A stretch of 64,000 nt of DNA from Fimicolochytrium jonesii (Eukaryota): positions 1,240,001-1,304,000 of the forward strand of contig NW_026515671.1 of NCBI RefSeq assembly GCF_025526975.1. Direction: 5' to 3'. Shown here one piece after another: positions 1 through 12,399 of the stretch (its first letter is position 1; every line of letters begins with the position of its first letter). The translations under genes were made by a program, and so were the position numbers. The notes beneath the pieces are model-generated. The model was not told the origin of the DNA. It searched no databases and was given only the letters and a program-made list of their open reading frames with translations.

Positions 1-1277
1 TCGGAAGGAGAAGCGAACGAAAACAGGGGAAGGTAAAGTCATGATGGTGGAGGTGTTCCGGGCCCGACGTGCGCCGGCTCTGGTGAAGCCGAGGCCTCCT
101 ATACCTCGCCGGAGTGAGACCTCATCTCTCATTCTCCCGGTATTCATCATATCAGAACCACCAGCGGAGATTGCTCGCTTCTTTCAAAGAGTCGAAACCG
201 TCGAGACGCGGGATTTCGATGATACGACGAGGCTAAAGGTAGACGGCGACCGGAGTGGTCTCTCGCTTCAGCCCGGCGGTCCCATAACGCATCCCTTGTA
301 TGCTCTAGGCTACGAGCGAGCGCCTGAAATACCTGCGGGCCAACAAACAATCCATCAAGTCCCCGCCACCATCTCCATCGGATGAGCGGCGAGCGGAGGC
401 GATCAACGGGAGGAATGTGAGGGGCACAAAATCCTGTTTCAACGGATCCGTTCAGATGTGCGGAAGCTGACAGAGCATATCAATCTCTAGGCGGAACGAA
501 AAGCAGCCCGGTATCGTGTGGTGAAAGATCGGCGGCAGATTCTTGATGATGTCGAGGTATGTCTTCGTTCACACCTTGCCGTGATGGTAGAACTGACACG
601 TACCCGATTCCAGCTGCTAGACGTCGAAGAAACGTCTGATGAACCAAAGAAGGGGCCACACACTACATCGTATGAGAGTGGGCCAATACCAGAAAGCGAT
701 CTAATGGAAAGCTTGATGCCCATGATGCGTGAATACCTGCATGGTGAGCGCCCGGATGCTTCATCGAGGGCATGAGGAGCATGGAACTCACAAAGGGGCA
801 TTCCCAAAAGTCTCACAGGAGAAAGACGGGCCAATACCCAGCGAGTACGTCTACGACATCTACTACGCGCAACCCGAAATGGATCCGGAAGCACATAGCC
901 GCGTCGCGGAGCTGTAGGTGTCCATCTCTCTGTCCCTCTCTCTACTCCATCGAGCTGATCATGCACGTCACGCAGAACATTCGAAGACCTTTCCGCAACC
1001 CTCCTCGCCGACGCCGGCGACTCCTCCGATAACAATGACGATGATGACGAAGATTCGAATGCGGAAGACTACTATGCAAATGAGTATCCTGACGCGTCGG
1101 ATAGCGAGAAATCAGATGATAGTGATGTGGATGAGGGGTATAGGAGAGGAAGAGGCTACAAAAACTACTTTGATGATGATGAGGACGACGATGGAGATTA
1201 TGGTAAGATCCGTTTGGCTAAATCGTTCAACCGAAGGCAGTGCTCATCTGAACCAATTCGTTCACAGATCCGTATGA
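1..1277 (+). CDS. IWR1: Iwr1-like RNA polymerase II nuclear import factor (multi-exon, 5' end outside the window)
   Basis: Spliced exons give EYVYDIYY (~842-866) and the acidic DDDDEDSNAEDYYANEYPD motif (~1037-1095), typical of the Iwr1 domain. GT..AG introns link ORF fragments 41-385, 518-775, 729-917 and 1127-1312. Confidence 0.8.
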
Positions 1278-1451
1278 TTCTTGAGCTGAATAGCTGCGGC
1301 AGGAAGTCCTAACTTAATGTCTTCGGCTTCTTTACATATCTACAATTCTATCTAGGAATTCGTAGCTGCATAGCCAATAGTGTACATAGTGTGACATCTT
1401 GAAGGAGTATAAGCATGCAAACGCCGGTTGAATTTCGAATCACTCTCCAGC

Positions 1452-2854
1452 CTAGGAAGCACTGCTTTTAGCAGGCACCTTCTCAAACTTGTCCCAGTCA
1501 AGACCAAAAAGCGTTTTGTAAAACATGACCAAAAACTTGTGTGTGTCACCCTTCAATGCGACCTCAATATTCGTGCGTTTTTTGGAGGCGGGGGTGCCCT
1601 TCGGACCGGTGCGGCGGTCGACGACGCACATTCCCTTCGTGAAGGTGCCGGTAGGCTCGACTTGGAAGTCGAGAGGGGTGAACTCGAGGAGGGTGGGGTC
1701 CACCAAAGCTCCGATCTGTGGAACAGGGAAACGATGTCAGCCGGGAACGTCGCGGGATGTATCCAAACACCTGATGCAGCAAACGCCTCTACGCACCGTC
1801 AATGGATCGTGCATAAACAACCACCTGAAACCTATTGTACGCTCGGTCAGGCCAAGCACGTGGTCCGTGATTGTAGATACAAAGTTGCTCAGGGGTGTTT
1901 GCAGAGGTTCCGCATGCGTCTTAAGGTAGTGGCTGTCGACGATTGAGGAGACCATGGTGACGTCGAGAGGTACGACGCGGACAGGAAGGTCGGACGCAAT
2001 GACGATATGCGCTGCGAGAGTGTCACCGTGCCAGTTGAACTCTGCGACGGGAGTGATGTTTCCGGGGTGGTCGATGGCACCACCCATTGTGAAGATGTGT
2101 TTGACTCGCTTCACTGATGGAACGAAGGAAGTCAGCTGACGTTGATGTCGTCTGGGAGAGCGGATGCACACTCACTTGTCAAGGGATCCTTCTGAATAGC
2201 CTTTGCGACATTTGTCAAAGGACCAAGGGCCACAATGCTGACAGTGCCTTCCGGGTGTGTCTCCAACTGATGCAGAATCTCATCCTCAGCAGATCGCGCA
2301 CTCAGAGTGTACAGCTCCTTTGCAGCATCCTTGTCCTCCTGCGTGGGATTCGCCGCTTTTGTCGCACCAGCGACAGCCTTCGTCTGGTCCAAATCGTCCT
2401 CCTGCAGCTTCTCATCTTTGAAGTAGAAACCGAGTCCATCGTCGCCATGATAGAAATGCGCATATGTCGGCTCTCCCTCCAATGGCTTGCCAGCCCCAAG
2501 AGCTACCACAACTGGCTCGTCGCGGGAAAGCAGGGTGCCGGGGGCGTTCACGGTCGCATCCGTCTTGTGCTCCGCAAGGTAACGCTCATGAGCTGCCTGT
2601 ACTGTCAGAATCTGCTTGAGATTGCGGAAGGAGTTCTGAAGGGTGGTGTTGCCCTGCGTGACGGTGATGGCGCGGATATCGATGTTGGGGCTGCCAAAAG
2701 CGAAAAGCAGCGCTAATGCGTCGTCCACTCCTGGGTCGGTGTCGACAACTGTTGGGTGAGGAAAGTTCGTCCGTTAACAAGAGTGCTCGTCGCCCGACAA
2801 GAAAAAAGGCAGCCGGTGTATGCACTTACTGACGGAGTGCTTTGTGTTGGTCAT
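1452..2854 (-). CDS. Inosine/uridine-preferring nucleoside hydrolase (multi-exon)
   Basis: Motifs DTDPGVDDALAL, ALGPLTNVA, MGGA..PGNITPVAEFN, VVPLDVT and MHDPL across ORFs 2132-2728, 1737-2171 and 1452-1706. Probable ATG at 2854. Confidence 0.92.
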
Positions 2855-5225
2855 TGCTGCTGTTGCTGCTGCGTATCGGGAGGAAATGAATGCTGGGGAA
2901 GGAGGGGGGGCTTGAGAGTGGCTTCCTCATATATATATATATGCGAAGCGGACGTGACTTTGATGAACGACGTGACTGCCAGGCGGGCGGTCACGCGTGA
3001 TTGAATTTGAATCGGCGTGATTGACGATGAGGGAGAGGCGCTCCGCGGGGGGCATGAGCGAGCTCAAAATGACAGCTCCCGTCACTTTTCCTCACCAACG
3101 ACTTTTCACAAGCTGTTCTCTCAGGCTTACGCGAAAGTCTTTTCAGTTACAGACATGGGTATTTCTAGAGCGGAATACCCTCTTCAGCTTTGATTTAAGG
3201 AGCAGCAGTAAAAAACTTTAGGGAGAAACTTTCCTAAATGACAATGACCGGGGAACATTTACGCCAAGACTACGCCGTGAAAAGGAAATTGCTAGCTATA
3301 AAACTGCTACCGCTGCTGTTGCTTGGGAGAACTCCCCACATATATTCATAGCAATAGGTCCCATAACAATTACAAAGTTCAAGCCAAGGCGCAATACCAC
3401 CCTTGTGAAAACGCTAAGATGTCTAGCAAAGCTCTACTATCACTGGCCGCCGTGTGAAATACATGGTTTCTATCAGGGAAGAGTTTGGTTGCTAACAGTT
3501 GGGAATGCTGATGCTGCGGAGATTTGTGTGTCGGTGACATTTTCCAACGTTTTCCGCAATTGTGGTAGCCATAGAAGTGCTGCCAAACCGAAAAGATTGA
3601 TGAGCCACCATTCAGCTTGGAACGGTCCTGCGAGACGGGACGGTATTGTGTAGTCGCAATTGGTTGTGGACCAATGTATGAACACGCATTGTCGGGCCCG
3701 GAACTTGTTGCTGAACTGGCTAGCGGCGTTTGCGTATATTTCCTCCGGCACGTCCATGCCCCAATGGCTACGTCGTCTCTCCTACCCCAGAAGCTGTATC
3801 CACCTGTTTGCGCTTGGATGAGACTCTATGCGGTCGAGACTTAGTTCGGCATGTTGCGTGAGGTTGGGTGGCGTAAATCAACAGCAAGACTCTATGTAGG
3901 TGGCGATGCACCATAATACATCCCTTTGTTCGGGTAGCCCGCAATGAGCCGCAATAATCCTCTCCTTATTTTAGCCCGGTAAACTTGGACGGCCGCGCTA
4001 TTGGCCGCCTGGGAGCGAGCCCGCCTCTCCTGGTCGGTCTCACTTTCGTTCTTTTGGTGCCCATTGAACGCGAAACGTTGGAACCGTCACAATATTGTCG
4101 TCCTGTACAACAACACTGAAGATGGATGTAGATTCGGACGGCGCGAGCGTGAGCGTTGTCTTTGAGGCCTGGACGTGTCGATGCGGATATCCCAAGTAAC
4201 CTTGAGATTTGCAAATTTGCCTTATTGTTCTGGGCGTTGGGAGGACCTTGGATTTGCTGAGGTCGGATTGGACCCGTGGAAGAAACCCGTGCTAGGTTGC
4301 GAACAAGTTTCGACGGGTCCGGGTCCGCTGAGCTGCGGGTCTGGTTTGGGACAGTCTCTCTTGAAAAGTTTCACCACAAGCAAAGGACCGCTGCGGGAAG
4401 CTGCATGTTTCGGAGCAGCTGGTCTCAAACGGTCCGAACAGGTTGCTGGGCCGACTCTCATGTTGACGGTAGACCGAGCCGAGTTTCCGACAGTAACAAA
4501 CACGGTTTCGACAGCGCGTCGCTACGCCTCCCGCTCAACAACAGTCCAGGGGATTTTTTTCGGGCATTTCCATCAGACATCCGGAAAGTTCGCATTTTGT
4601 ATCTGAATGATAGCCAGACCGGCCCGGTGGTTGAGATGTCTTCCAATACGAGCATGCATGCTCGATGAACCCTCATTCGCCTGTTAGAACAGAAGAAAAG
4701 TACATTGCAGGATCGCTTCCCCCGAGGCCCGCGGGCAGCAGGGGGAAAGGGATCGGGGACGCGGACAGACAGAGGCAAAAAGTGGCAAAACTGGTCGATC
4801 CAGCACTGAGAAAATCGATCGTAAGTCCTTCTCTATTCCTGCCACCATTGTCCATTGGGTATCGTATGGTGATGTATCACATACCGCGGGCGTGACTGCA
4901 CAATGTCCGTTGGCGCGCAACTTACGACTGCCAACCGCAAAAGTCGGCAGAAAGGAAACCCCGTTGTAGTTCCGAAGAGGGCAAACGTCATCCAGCTGTT
5001 CCGGGTTTGTGGGTGACGACCATTGTCGTTACTTCGGTGCCATCGGAGCAAACATAAGGTTTGCTCCGGTAGCCTTGCCACAACGCGGCTCCCAAATTCT
5101 AAATCGGTCCTGCACCTGACTTTTATACCTGCATGCCCGACTGACTTGCGAATTCGCCCTTGGTTCTATCGACGTTGTTTGGAGCAGCATAGAGTCGAGG
5201 CTGGCTGTAATTTGGGATAGACACA

Positions 5226-7240
5226 ATGTGGAACTTCGGCGATTACCTGAACGGGTTGGGGGCTCTTCTTAACTTCGTCTTTGAGACCGACCCACCAGTA
5301 GAAGCCCTCAAGCAGTTTCCTATGAAACCTTGGTCGAACTACTTTGTGGATAACGATCTGGAGAGGAGGTATGAGGAAATATACCCAGGCGACTTCGTAG
5401 CGTCTGTGTGCGCCCGGGGACGACCGTTGATTCGTTTCCGGACCAGGTTTCGAAGGGTGCATTTCCATCAGCAACTGACAACGAACTGCATGACGTTCTG
5501 TACGGGTTGTTCTCGCCGCTTTACGGCATTACCCGATGAACATGTAGAACGCTGACGGCACCTCTATCTTCCCTTAAACAGGCGTCACACTGATCATCAG
5601 CGCCGGTACCTTTTTTACCCCGCCTGTTGAGAACTTTACTGCTATAAACACTTATTATATTGCGGCCGGCTGTGTGGGTAACCTGCTCTTGTTTAGCGCC
5701 TGTGCGCTGACATTTCACACACGTTCTGATCTTCTGTTTTTCCAAACATGCGACAGATGAGTCTTTCCACGCTGACCACGCTGGTGGTGATGTTTATCAC
5801 CCTACGGTATCAATCCTTCGCATGCCCCACCACAATCTCAGTCATGGTCAGCGTATGCAGCTTCAGCCTGCTTTCGAATGAGAACCTCGGTACCTTCTTG
5901 CTATCGTTCAGCGTCACATCGGATATGCCGGACCAAGCAAGTGATTTCACTAAAGCGCATACAACCGCGGAGATTGTTGTCACTTGGGGTGTACTGATGT
6001 GCATCAATTGTCTGGTAATATCGTTCTTTCTTGGACGTGATTATTGCGGCAACTAGTATTCATATGTCTTCTCGCTCAGTTCTTCCACAAGCTCATCGCA
6101 ATTACTACCTATTTCATCATCTGCCGTCTGGGCCTTCGATGGATCCTCCACAGCGAGGTGATTTCATCCGACATCGAAGGCCTCCTCCAAAACGCGATCT
6201 GCCTGACATCCCTCTATATCCAATACCGACGAGACAAGCGAGCACGGGCCAGCTTTGCCCTGTCCACCACCGCCGAGGACAGTTCAGAGGATGACAAAGA
6301 AGCAGAGCATCACTGGATAACCTCCCCACTACGCTGGGTTGTCCTGTCCTTTAACCACGTAATGCATCAGACGTTCGATAATCCCGACGACGAACAAGGG
6401 TTTAGGAGATACTTCGCGACGGTGGCTCAGAAGGAGATGCGGCTCATCTGCGTGGTCATCGCTATATCGACCCTCGTCTCACAATTGACGCATCTGATTA
6501 TGTACCCGGACATCATTCTAGGGCCAGCGGGTCTGAAGGGACTACCGGAAGCCGTCAGCCTTATCCTGGCCTGCTGTATATGTTTCGCGATAACGTTTAT
6601 GCCCGCATTCGGGGCACATCACCCCAGACGGCAACAAGTCGCTCTGACGATACTCAACGCCGTCTGGCGGCTTTGTACAACCAGCATGGTCCTCATCACC
6701 GCCAAAGAAAGAGAAACGAGCCTACACGAGGGACCCCCGCGGAGAGCAGCGATCGCAAACTCCGTGTATATTTCAATGATGCAACTCCTTTACAACTCCG
6801 CTGTCGCCATCTTCAACGCAGATTGCCTGCTCGCGCGGTACGGACTTGTCTGCGCGGGCATCGAGCTGGCATGTACGATTGCTATTTTCATCTTGGATCC
6901 CAACCAGGTTAACCGATCAGGGTTGCTGCTGGAGCATATGATTGTCGTCTGTGGGGCAGGGTTGGTCGTTGTCCCGCAGGCTGAGCGGACACGGCGGGAA
7001 TACTTTGCCGCCGTGTTTCTCAAACGGAGGTTGTTGACGGCGCCGATGAAGGAGGCGGGCGACGATGCTTGCTCGAAGACGACGTCCGGGGGAGGAATGC
7101 TGGTGAATGTGAGGCCCATTAAGCGAACCGTTGAGAGCTTTGGGGACGCGAAAACGAGGAAAGATGGGGACGTGGAGGAAATGCCTTCGAGGATAAAGGA
7201 TAGCAAGGAATTTGGCACTGACAAAGATGAGTTTGTTTGA
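5226..7240 (+). CDS. Multi-pass membrane protein made of two related TM clusters (resembles a cyclase membrane anchor), function unknown
   Basis: ORFs 5226-5555, 5748-6056 and 6044-7240 are rich in hydrophobic helices and separated by candidate introns. Internal repeat YFVDNDLERRYEEIY / TFDNPDDEQGFRRYF. Confidence 0.65.
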
Positions 7241-7626
7241 GAATACGTTTGTGAGGTCATTGGGTACATCGATTGCTCGCAAGCGATGCATCACCTACTC
7301 ATACAAGAATCACCGGCCGCGGGCCTGCCACCTGCGGCCGCGACGCAGAGTATAGAGCTGTTAATATATCGATTGGTGGGACGGAAGGATTTGCTGTGAC
7401 AGCGGTGTATTGAATGAGAATAGCTAATAAAGAGCATGGGCCACATGGCGGTCATATCTACGTCCATGATTGTGATGCTGAAAGGCGGATCAAAATATTC
7501 AAATGACAAGTAAATACAGAATTCTCGACGAGATCTCTATGTCTATGATACATGTGAGTAAACAGGGCTTGGAATGACATTTGCCGAACTACCATCCGAC
7601 AACAAAAATGATGCCTTTCCAGACCC

Positions 7627-8388
7627 TCAAATCATGAGAGCAGAGGCCACCACAGGTATCAACATCACAGTGTTGCGACCCGCGATCGCAATAGCACCAG
7701 ATGTCTTTGGGGTAGTCGTAGAGTTCGAAAGCTTATCAGCCGGGCACGCATCCAGCTGCGTCTTCACCTTTGCCACCTCTCCATCCACAGTTGGCTTCGC
7801 ATACGCCGGCAACGAAGAGGTATCCACCGAAGCATCATACTGGGCCTTCGCACACGGCGTGCAAGCATCCACAGCCATTCCCCTCTGCGCGGCGTCATGC
7901 TCATCCGCCGCACAGTAGGTCGCGCCGTTCTTCACGCACGCCGTCTTCCGCAGGTAGTTCAAAATCGGCGAGATATCCGCCGCACCCAGATTCTTCAACA
8001 ACGCCTGCGTGTCCGCGTCCGCCGCGCCCGTGATAGACGGGCTCAACAGCGGTTTCTGGTTCGCACATGGTCCCGCGACGACGGTGCCGAAGTTGTTGAT
8101 GGCGGCCGTGCAGGTGTCGGAGCAAATAGCGTCGAGGCTCTTTGGGTTGAGGGAGCTGTCGATTGCATTGCTGAGGGTTTTGTTGTCGAACTTGCCGCCG
8201 CTGCCGATGAGGATTGCGGCGGTGTTAATGAGGCCGCAGGGGATGATGAGGGCTTGGACGTTGGTTATTTGGGTGGTTACGGCGTCTTGGCAGGGTTGGG
8301 AGACGGAGGGGTCGAAGAGGACCGACAGATTCTGCGCTTGGACGGCGGCCGCTCCGAGGACGGCGGTGAGGAAGGTGAAAGAACGCAT
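7627..8388 (-). CDS. Secreted cysteine-rich protein, possibly GPI-anchored
   Basis: ATG at 8388 starts the signal peptide MRSFTFLTAVLGAAAVQA. About ten Cys follow, then an S/T-rich linker and a hydrophobic C-terminus (VMLIPVVASALMI). Confidence 0.75.
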   Translation of the reverse strand: MRSFTFLTAVLGAAAVQAQNLSVLFDPSVSQPCQDAVTTQITNVQALIIPCGLINTAAILIGSGGKFDNKTLSNAIDSSLNPKSLDAICSDTCTAAINNFGTVVAGPCANQKPLLSPSITGAADADTQALLKNLGAADISPILNYLRKTACVKNGATYCAADEHDAAQRGMAVDACTPCAKAQYDASVDTSSLPAYAKPTVDGEVAKVKTQLDACPADKLSNSTTTPKTSGAIAIAGRNTVMLIPVVASALMI

Positions 8389-9497
8389 TTGCGGCGGGGT
8401 TTCTTCTTCGAAGTCAAGAGGGTATTCTGGTCGACGATTGAGTTGCGGGGAATATCGTCTCTCGCTTGGGGTATTTATACTCTTCGTAGTGCATTGGGAT
8501 TCCGTCGAAGGATGGCGAAAAGAACCTTGCTTTGTCGCACGGCAAAGTTCAGAGCGCGAAAAGTCGTGGAGAATGGAGACATTTGGAGAGCGCGTACAAT
8601 CCGTCAAGCGGTGACTGGCCGCACTCTGGCTCGTACGATCGTGACGCATGCGCCGCCGGCGTCCTGTCAGATTTGGATTTAGGCTTTTTGACGTGCGTTT
8701 GACGTGCCATCCATGCATGCCAGCTGTCGACTTTTCACGACAGAAGCAACTGGCGGTTTGCTGCATGAACTTCCCTTTCGGATTTTCTGACTGGGAAACC
8801 GGACCCAAAAGCCATCCAGATATTGTTGGAGTGTTCAATGTCGGCGAGGGGTGTATGAGTAGAGGTATTCTGAAGATGTGGCAGTCGAGTTAGAAGCATT
8901 GGGAGCAGGGGACGACTCTCTTCCTCGAGCTTCATTGCGCCAAATTCCCCTAGAAGACTCCGTTGATTCATTTCATTTTCAAGCTGAATCTTCCCAGTTC
9001 CATATCATCAAGTAGCCCACATGAAACGGTGAAGCAATGCCAGGTGGTTACTACAATGTGAGAATCCCTTCCCACAGCTACAATTATCCCCTAGGCTAAT
9101 GCCTTGGGTACGAATCAAGCGGCTGTCGACCTCCTTCCAAACACTGCACGGGTAAGCGAACACACGTGTAAATCTGAACTTGTTCTCCGTTTCTGTGTTG
9201 TCGAATGGGAGGCTATCGAATTGGCAGCGATGCCTCGTGAGCGTTTGAGACGAGTGAAAAATGTCGGGACTGCGTCACGCGTTGAGATGAGTTCTGGCTC
9301 CAACTTGACATGCGAAGTCGAAGGAATACACAGAAACATGTCGAGCAGAGGCTTGGAACGTGTTGAACATTACCGAATCACGTTTCAACTATTTACTCAA
9401 GACGAGCTTTTCCCACCGGAGCGATAACCCTCAGGAGGACTTGTTTGACTCCTCTCTCAGCTAACGGCCTCTGCACTGGCCAATAGGGTGCAGGGTT

Positions 9498-12082
9498 ATG
9501 GACCCATTTGAACGAGACCCCAGTTCCCAGACCTTGACCATTGACATTTTGCGCCTACATTCGGAGTATAGCAAGCACGACGAAGAGGTCTCAAGTGAGT
9601 CCACCGGTTTTGTGACTCCCAAATGTCGGGCAGACATGTAGACTGATACCTTCCCTTTTAAGCGTCTTCTGGGAACAATACAACGGGTCCGCCACCGCTC
9701 AATTGGAAGGAATTTGACTTCCGCAGGAGAGGCCCTTCCGTCGACGGCTGCGACCCGCACGCACCCTGTCCTTCCGCGCGGGCGCTGAAGGAGAAGCAGG
9801 TTGAACTCAGACTTGCCGCTGGTGAGAAAAGTGGTGCTTATGCCGCGCCGCCTTCAAAGCCGGATTTCCCACGCTTACCCCTGTTCTGTTAAGAATACGG
9901 ACTCCAGTTGCTTGAGCGCTGCAACAGAGCGGAAGCAAAAGCCAAGGACCTTGAGGCGCAACTGCAGATCGCACGGGAGGACAAGGAAGAACAAACGCGT
10001 ATTGCGGACCGGCACAAGCAGGACAAGTCGACGCTCGAAGCGCGTTGTGCGGAGTTGGCGGCGGAATGCGAGTCGAAAAACAACGAGCTGCACAAGTCGG
10101 AGAATGCATTGGCGAGAGCTCAGAGGGACTTCGAAACGAAGAGAGCCGCGTTGGATGCACATGCTGATAACCTGCGAACAGAGGTCGTGAAAGCTGAGGA
10201 TGCGGAAGCAAGGGCAGTACGGGAGCAGGCTAGGGTCCGTGCGGAGCTGAGCTCTATGAAAGTGCGTCTCGAGGTGGCAACAGAGGGTCAGAAGCTGGAT
10301 GAGCGCATATCGCCTGTATTGGCTGTGAAGGTGAGGCTCGACTCTGATCTGCAATTGTCCGCATGTCTGATGATCCATTAACCCTATCGCACCTCGCAGC
10401 CATCAGAGACGGAAGCTGAGGTTCTCTACATTCTCGCAACCGAGTTGCAAGCAGCTAATGCGAAGCTCCGCTCGGAACTTGCTGAGGCGTCAGGCCTCCG
10501 GGAAGCGAATGACAAGCTCAGAATGGAGCTCAACGAGGCGTGCGATCTGCTGGCGCAATCACGAAACGAAGTGACAGCTTTTAGAGAGAGACCACCTTCG
10601 GTTTTCTTGGAAGACACCGGCTCGGCATCCGGGAGTGCTTCGGAACCCAAGAAGTCTGTTTTTGGAGAACTGGAAGACGTGGTACGAAAGTCACCGCGGA
10701 CGATTCGCAAAGAGTCGGTAGGCACCTCGACAAGAGTCTTGCCACTGAACTACGGTGACAAGCACTCGACTCCGGCAGCAGCCGCTCCCATATTCACCAA
10801 CACTTGCAGCGAATGCTCACAAGCACCGCCTTTTGCCAATAACATTACAACGAGCGATTTCGTCTCGCAGCTCCGACTGCTGCTCAGAGTCGGCACCTCG
10901 GTCCGCACGAAATTGACAACGACCGATCCACACGCGCTCAACCGCAAGATTCGTCGCCGGTTTGACATTACACAGCTCTCGCGTTTGTCGCAAACGGTCA
11001 TCGATAACATTCGCGCCGATGTACAGGGCATGTCCACGCGATTCAACATGCCCTTGACCCTCAAGGAGTCAGAGATAGCATCCTCGCAGGAAGCACAGAT
11101 GCACCAGTTGATTCTGGCCCCGCTTGTCAGTCTTATTCAGGCCATGCTGGAAGACATCTGCCGACTGAAAGGCACCATCAATGATTATGCCCTGTTGTAC
11201 TATGAGAAAATCACTGAGAAGGCTGCGTCGGTTTCCGTAAGCGATTCCGAAACGCCGGATCACACGGCGCCCGAAAACGATGAACGTGACAAGCGCGACT
11301 CGGGTTACATGACGGGACCCCAACGGTTCAAAGCGTACTTCTTTCGAGAGATCACAGCTCCGACGAAACCTTTGAAACCGGACCGCGCACGACATCTCTC
11401 CGACCAACCGCGGCCTACCTCAACACACATCCTGCCATCCACGACAACATCCAGAGCTACGGCCGGCCGGCCCAAACCTCTCCCCGCGGTGCCGATCAAC
11501 ACCTCCAGCGCGACAAACATCCTCGCCCGCGCCATACCCTCAATGAGCTTCGGTTCCTTGAAGCGCTCGTCGACAACCCCCGTCCTTCCGGATCTCAACA
11601 CTGTCGCCTTCACAATGCCGAACAGATCACAGCACATGCCTCGAAGGCGCGTCAGTGGATTCTGGCGTGACGAGTCATCTCCGGAAGATGATGACGCGGC
11701 GCCGCCGGAAATTCCATCCCCTTCTTCGCCGGCAGACACACCACCGCACTCACACCCGTCACAAATGAGCACCCCACCCCGCTCCTCCTCACCATCATTC
11801 TCGTCTTCGGACACATCCTCCATGGCCCAATACGAGTCGCTAGAGTCTTCAGCATCAGCTAATAAGTCGCCCGCGGCGTATTCCCCAGCGAATGAGCTGA
11901 GATCACCTTCCCCAGCTGATTCCCAAGCCTCGTCTGTCTCCCCTCCCACTTTTAGACTCGGCGTACCTGGCCTCCCGGGTTCGAGATCTTTGGTAGACTT
12001 ACTCCCATCGGCGGAAAGAGTGGCCACGTGGTTTGGGTCGCCAAGGAAGATATCTATCCGGGATCGGATTGGGCCTCGGTGA
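9498..12082 (+). CDS. Long coiled-coil protein with CC1-box and Spindly-like motif (candidate dynein adaptor) and a disordered Ser/Pro tail
   Basis: Exons ~9498-9594, ~9664-9821, 9894-10330 and 10400-12082 join in frame through GT..AG introns. They read EKQVELRLAAEYGLQLLER, then heptad coiled coil, then KKSVFGELED. Confidence 0.75.
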
Positions 12083-12399
12083 TGCTCCGTCTGTGGTGCT
12101 GTGTATAGCTCTCGACAGCGGACTCTAGTGCAATTGTATACCCATCCATGACAACTTTTTTGAAATAGACTGCTGGTTTCCGCATGTAATCGAATTTGCA
12201 TTCCGGTTCGTTGTGCGGGCATACCATTACCAGAGGGAAATCGACTACTCTGGAATGCCATCTTCACCTAGAAACAGATCCTGATTCGGACAATCGAAAG
12301 CAAGCTCACACTTATCCCACAAGATTCGTTGCTGTGCCAATTCACTGCATACACCTATGTTCAGGAAGATAGAGCCTTACATCCAACATGATCCCCCAA

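Noticed and set aside
3200..5200. 2-kb interval with short ORFs and one exon-like segment (~4688-4820, flanked by TAG and GTAAGT)
   Set aside because: No recognisable domain, transposase motif or terminal repeat. It may be gene debris but I cannot support a call.
11305..12267. 320-aa antisense ORF, and similar antisense ORFs at 46361-47323, 7897-8682 and 30166-30864
   Set aside because: Shadow frames of GC-rich real genes on the opposite strand.
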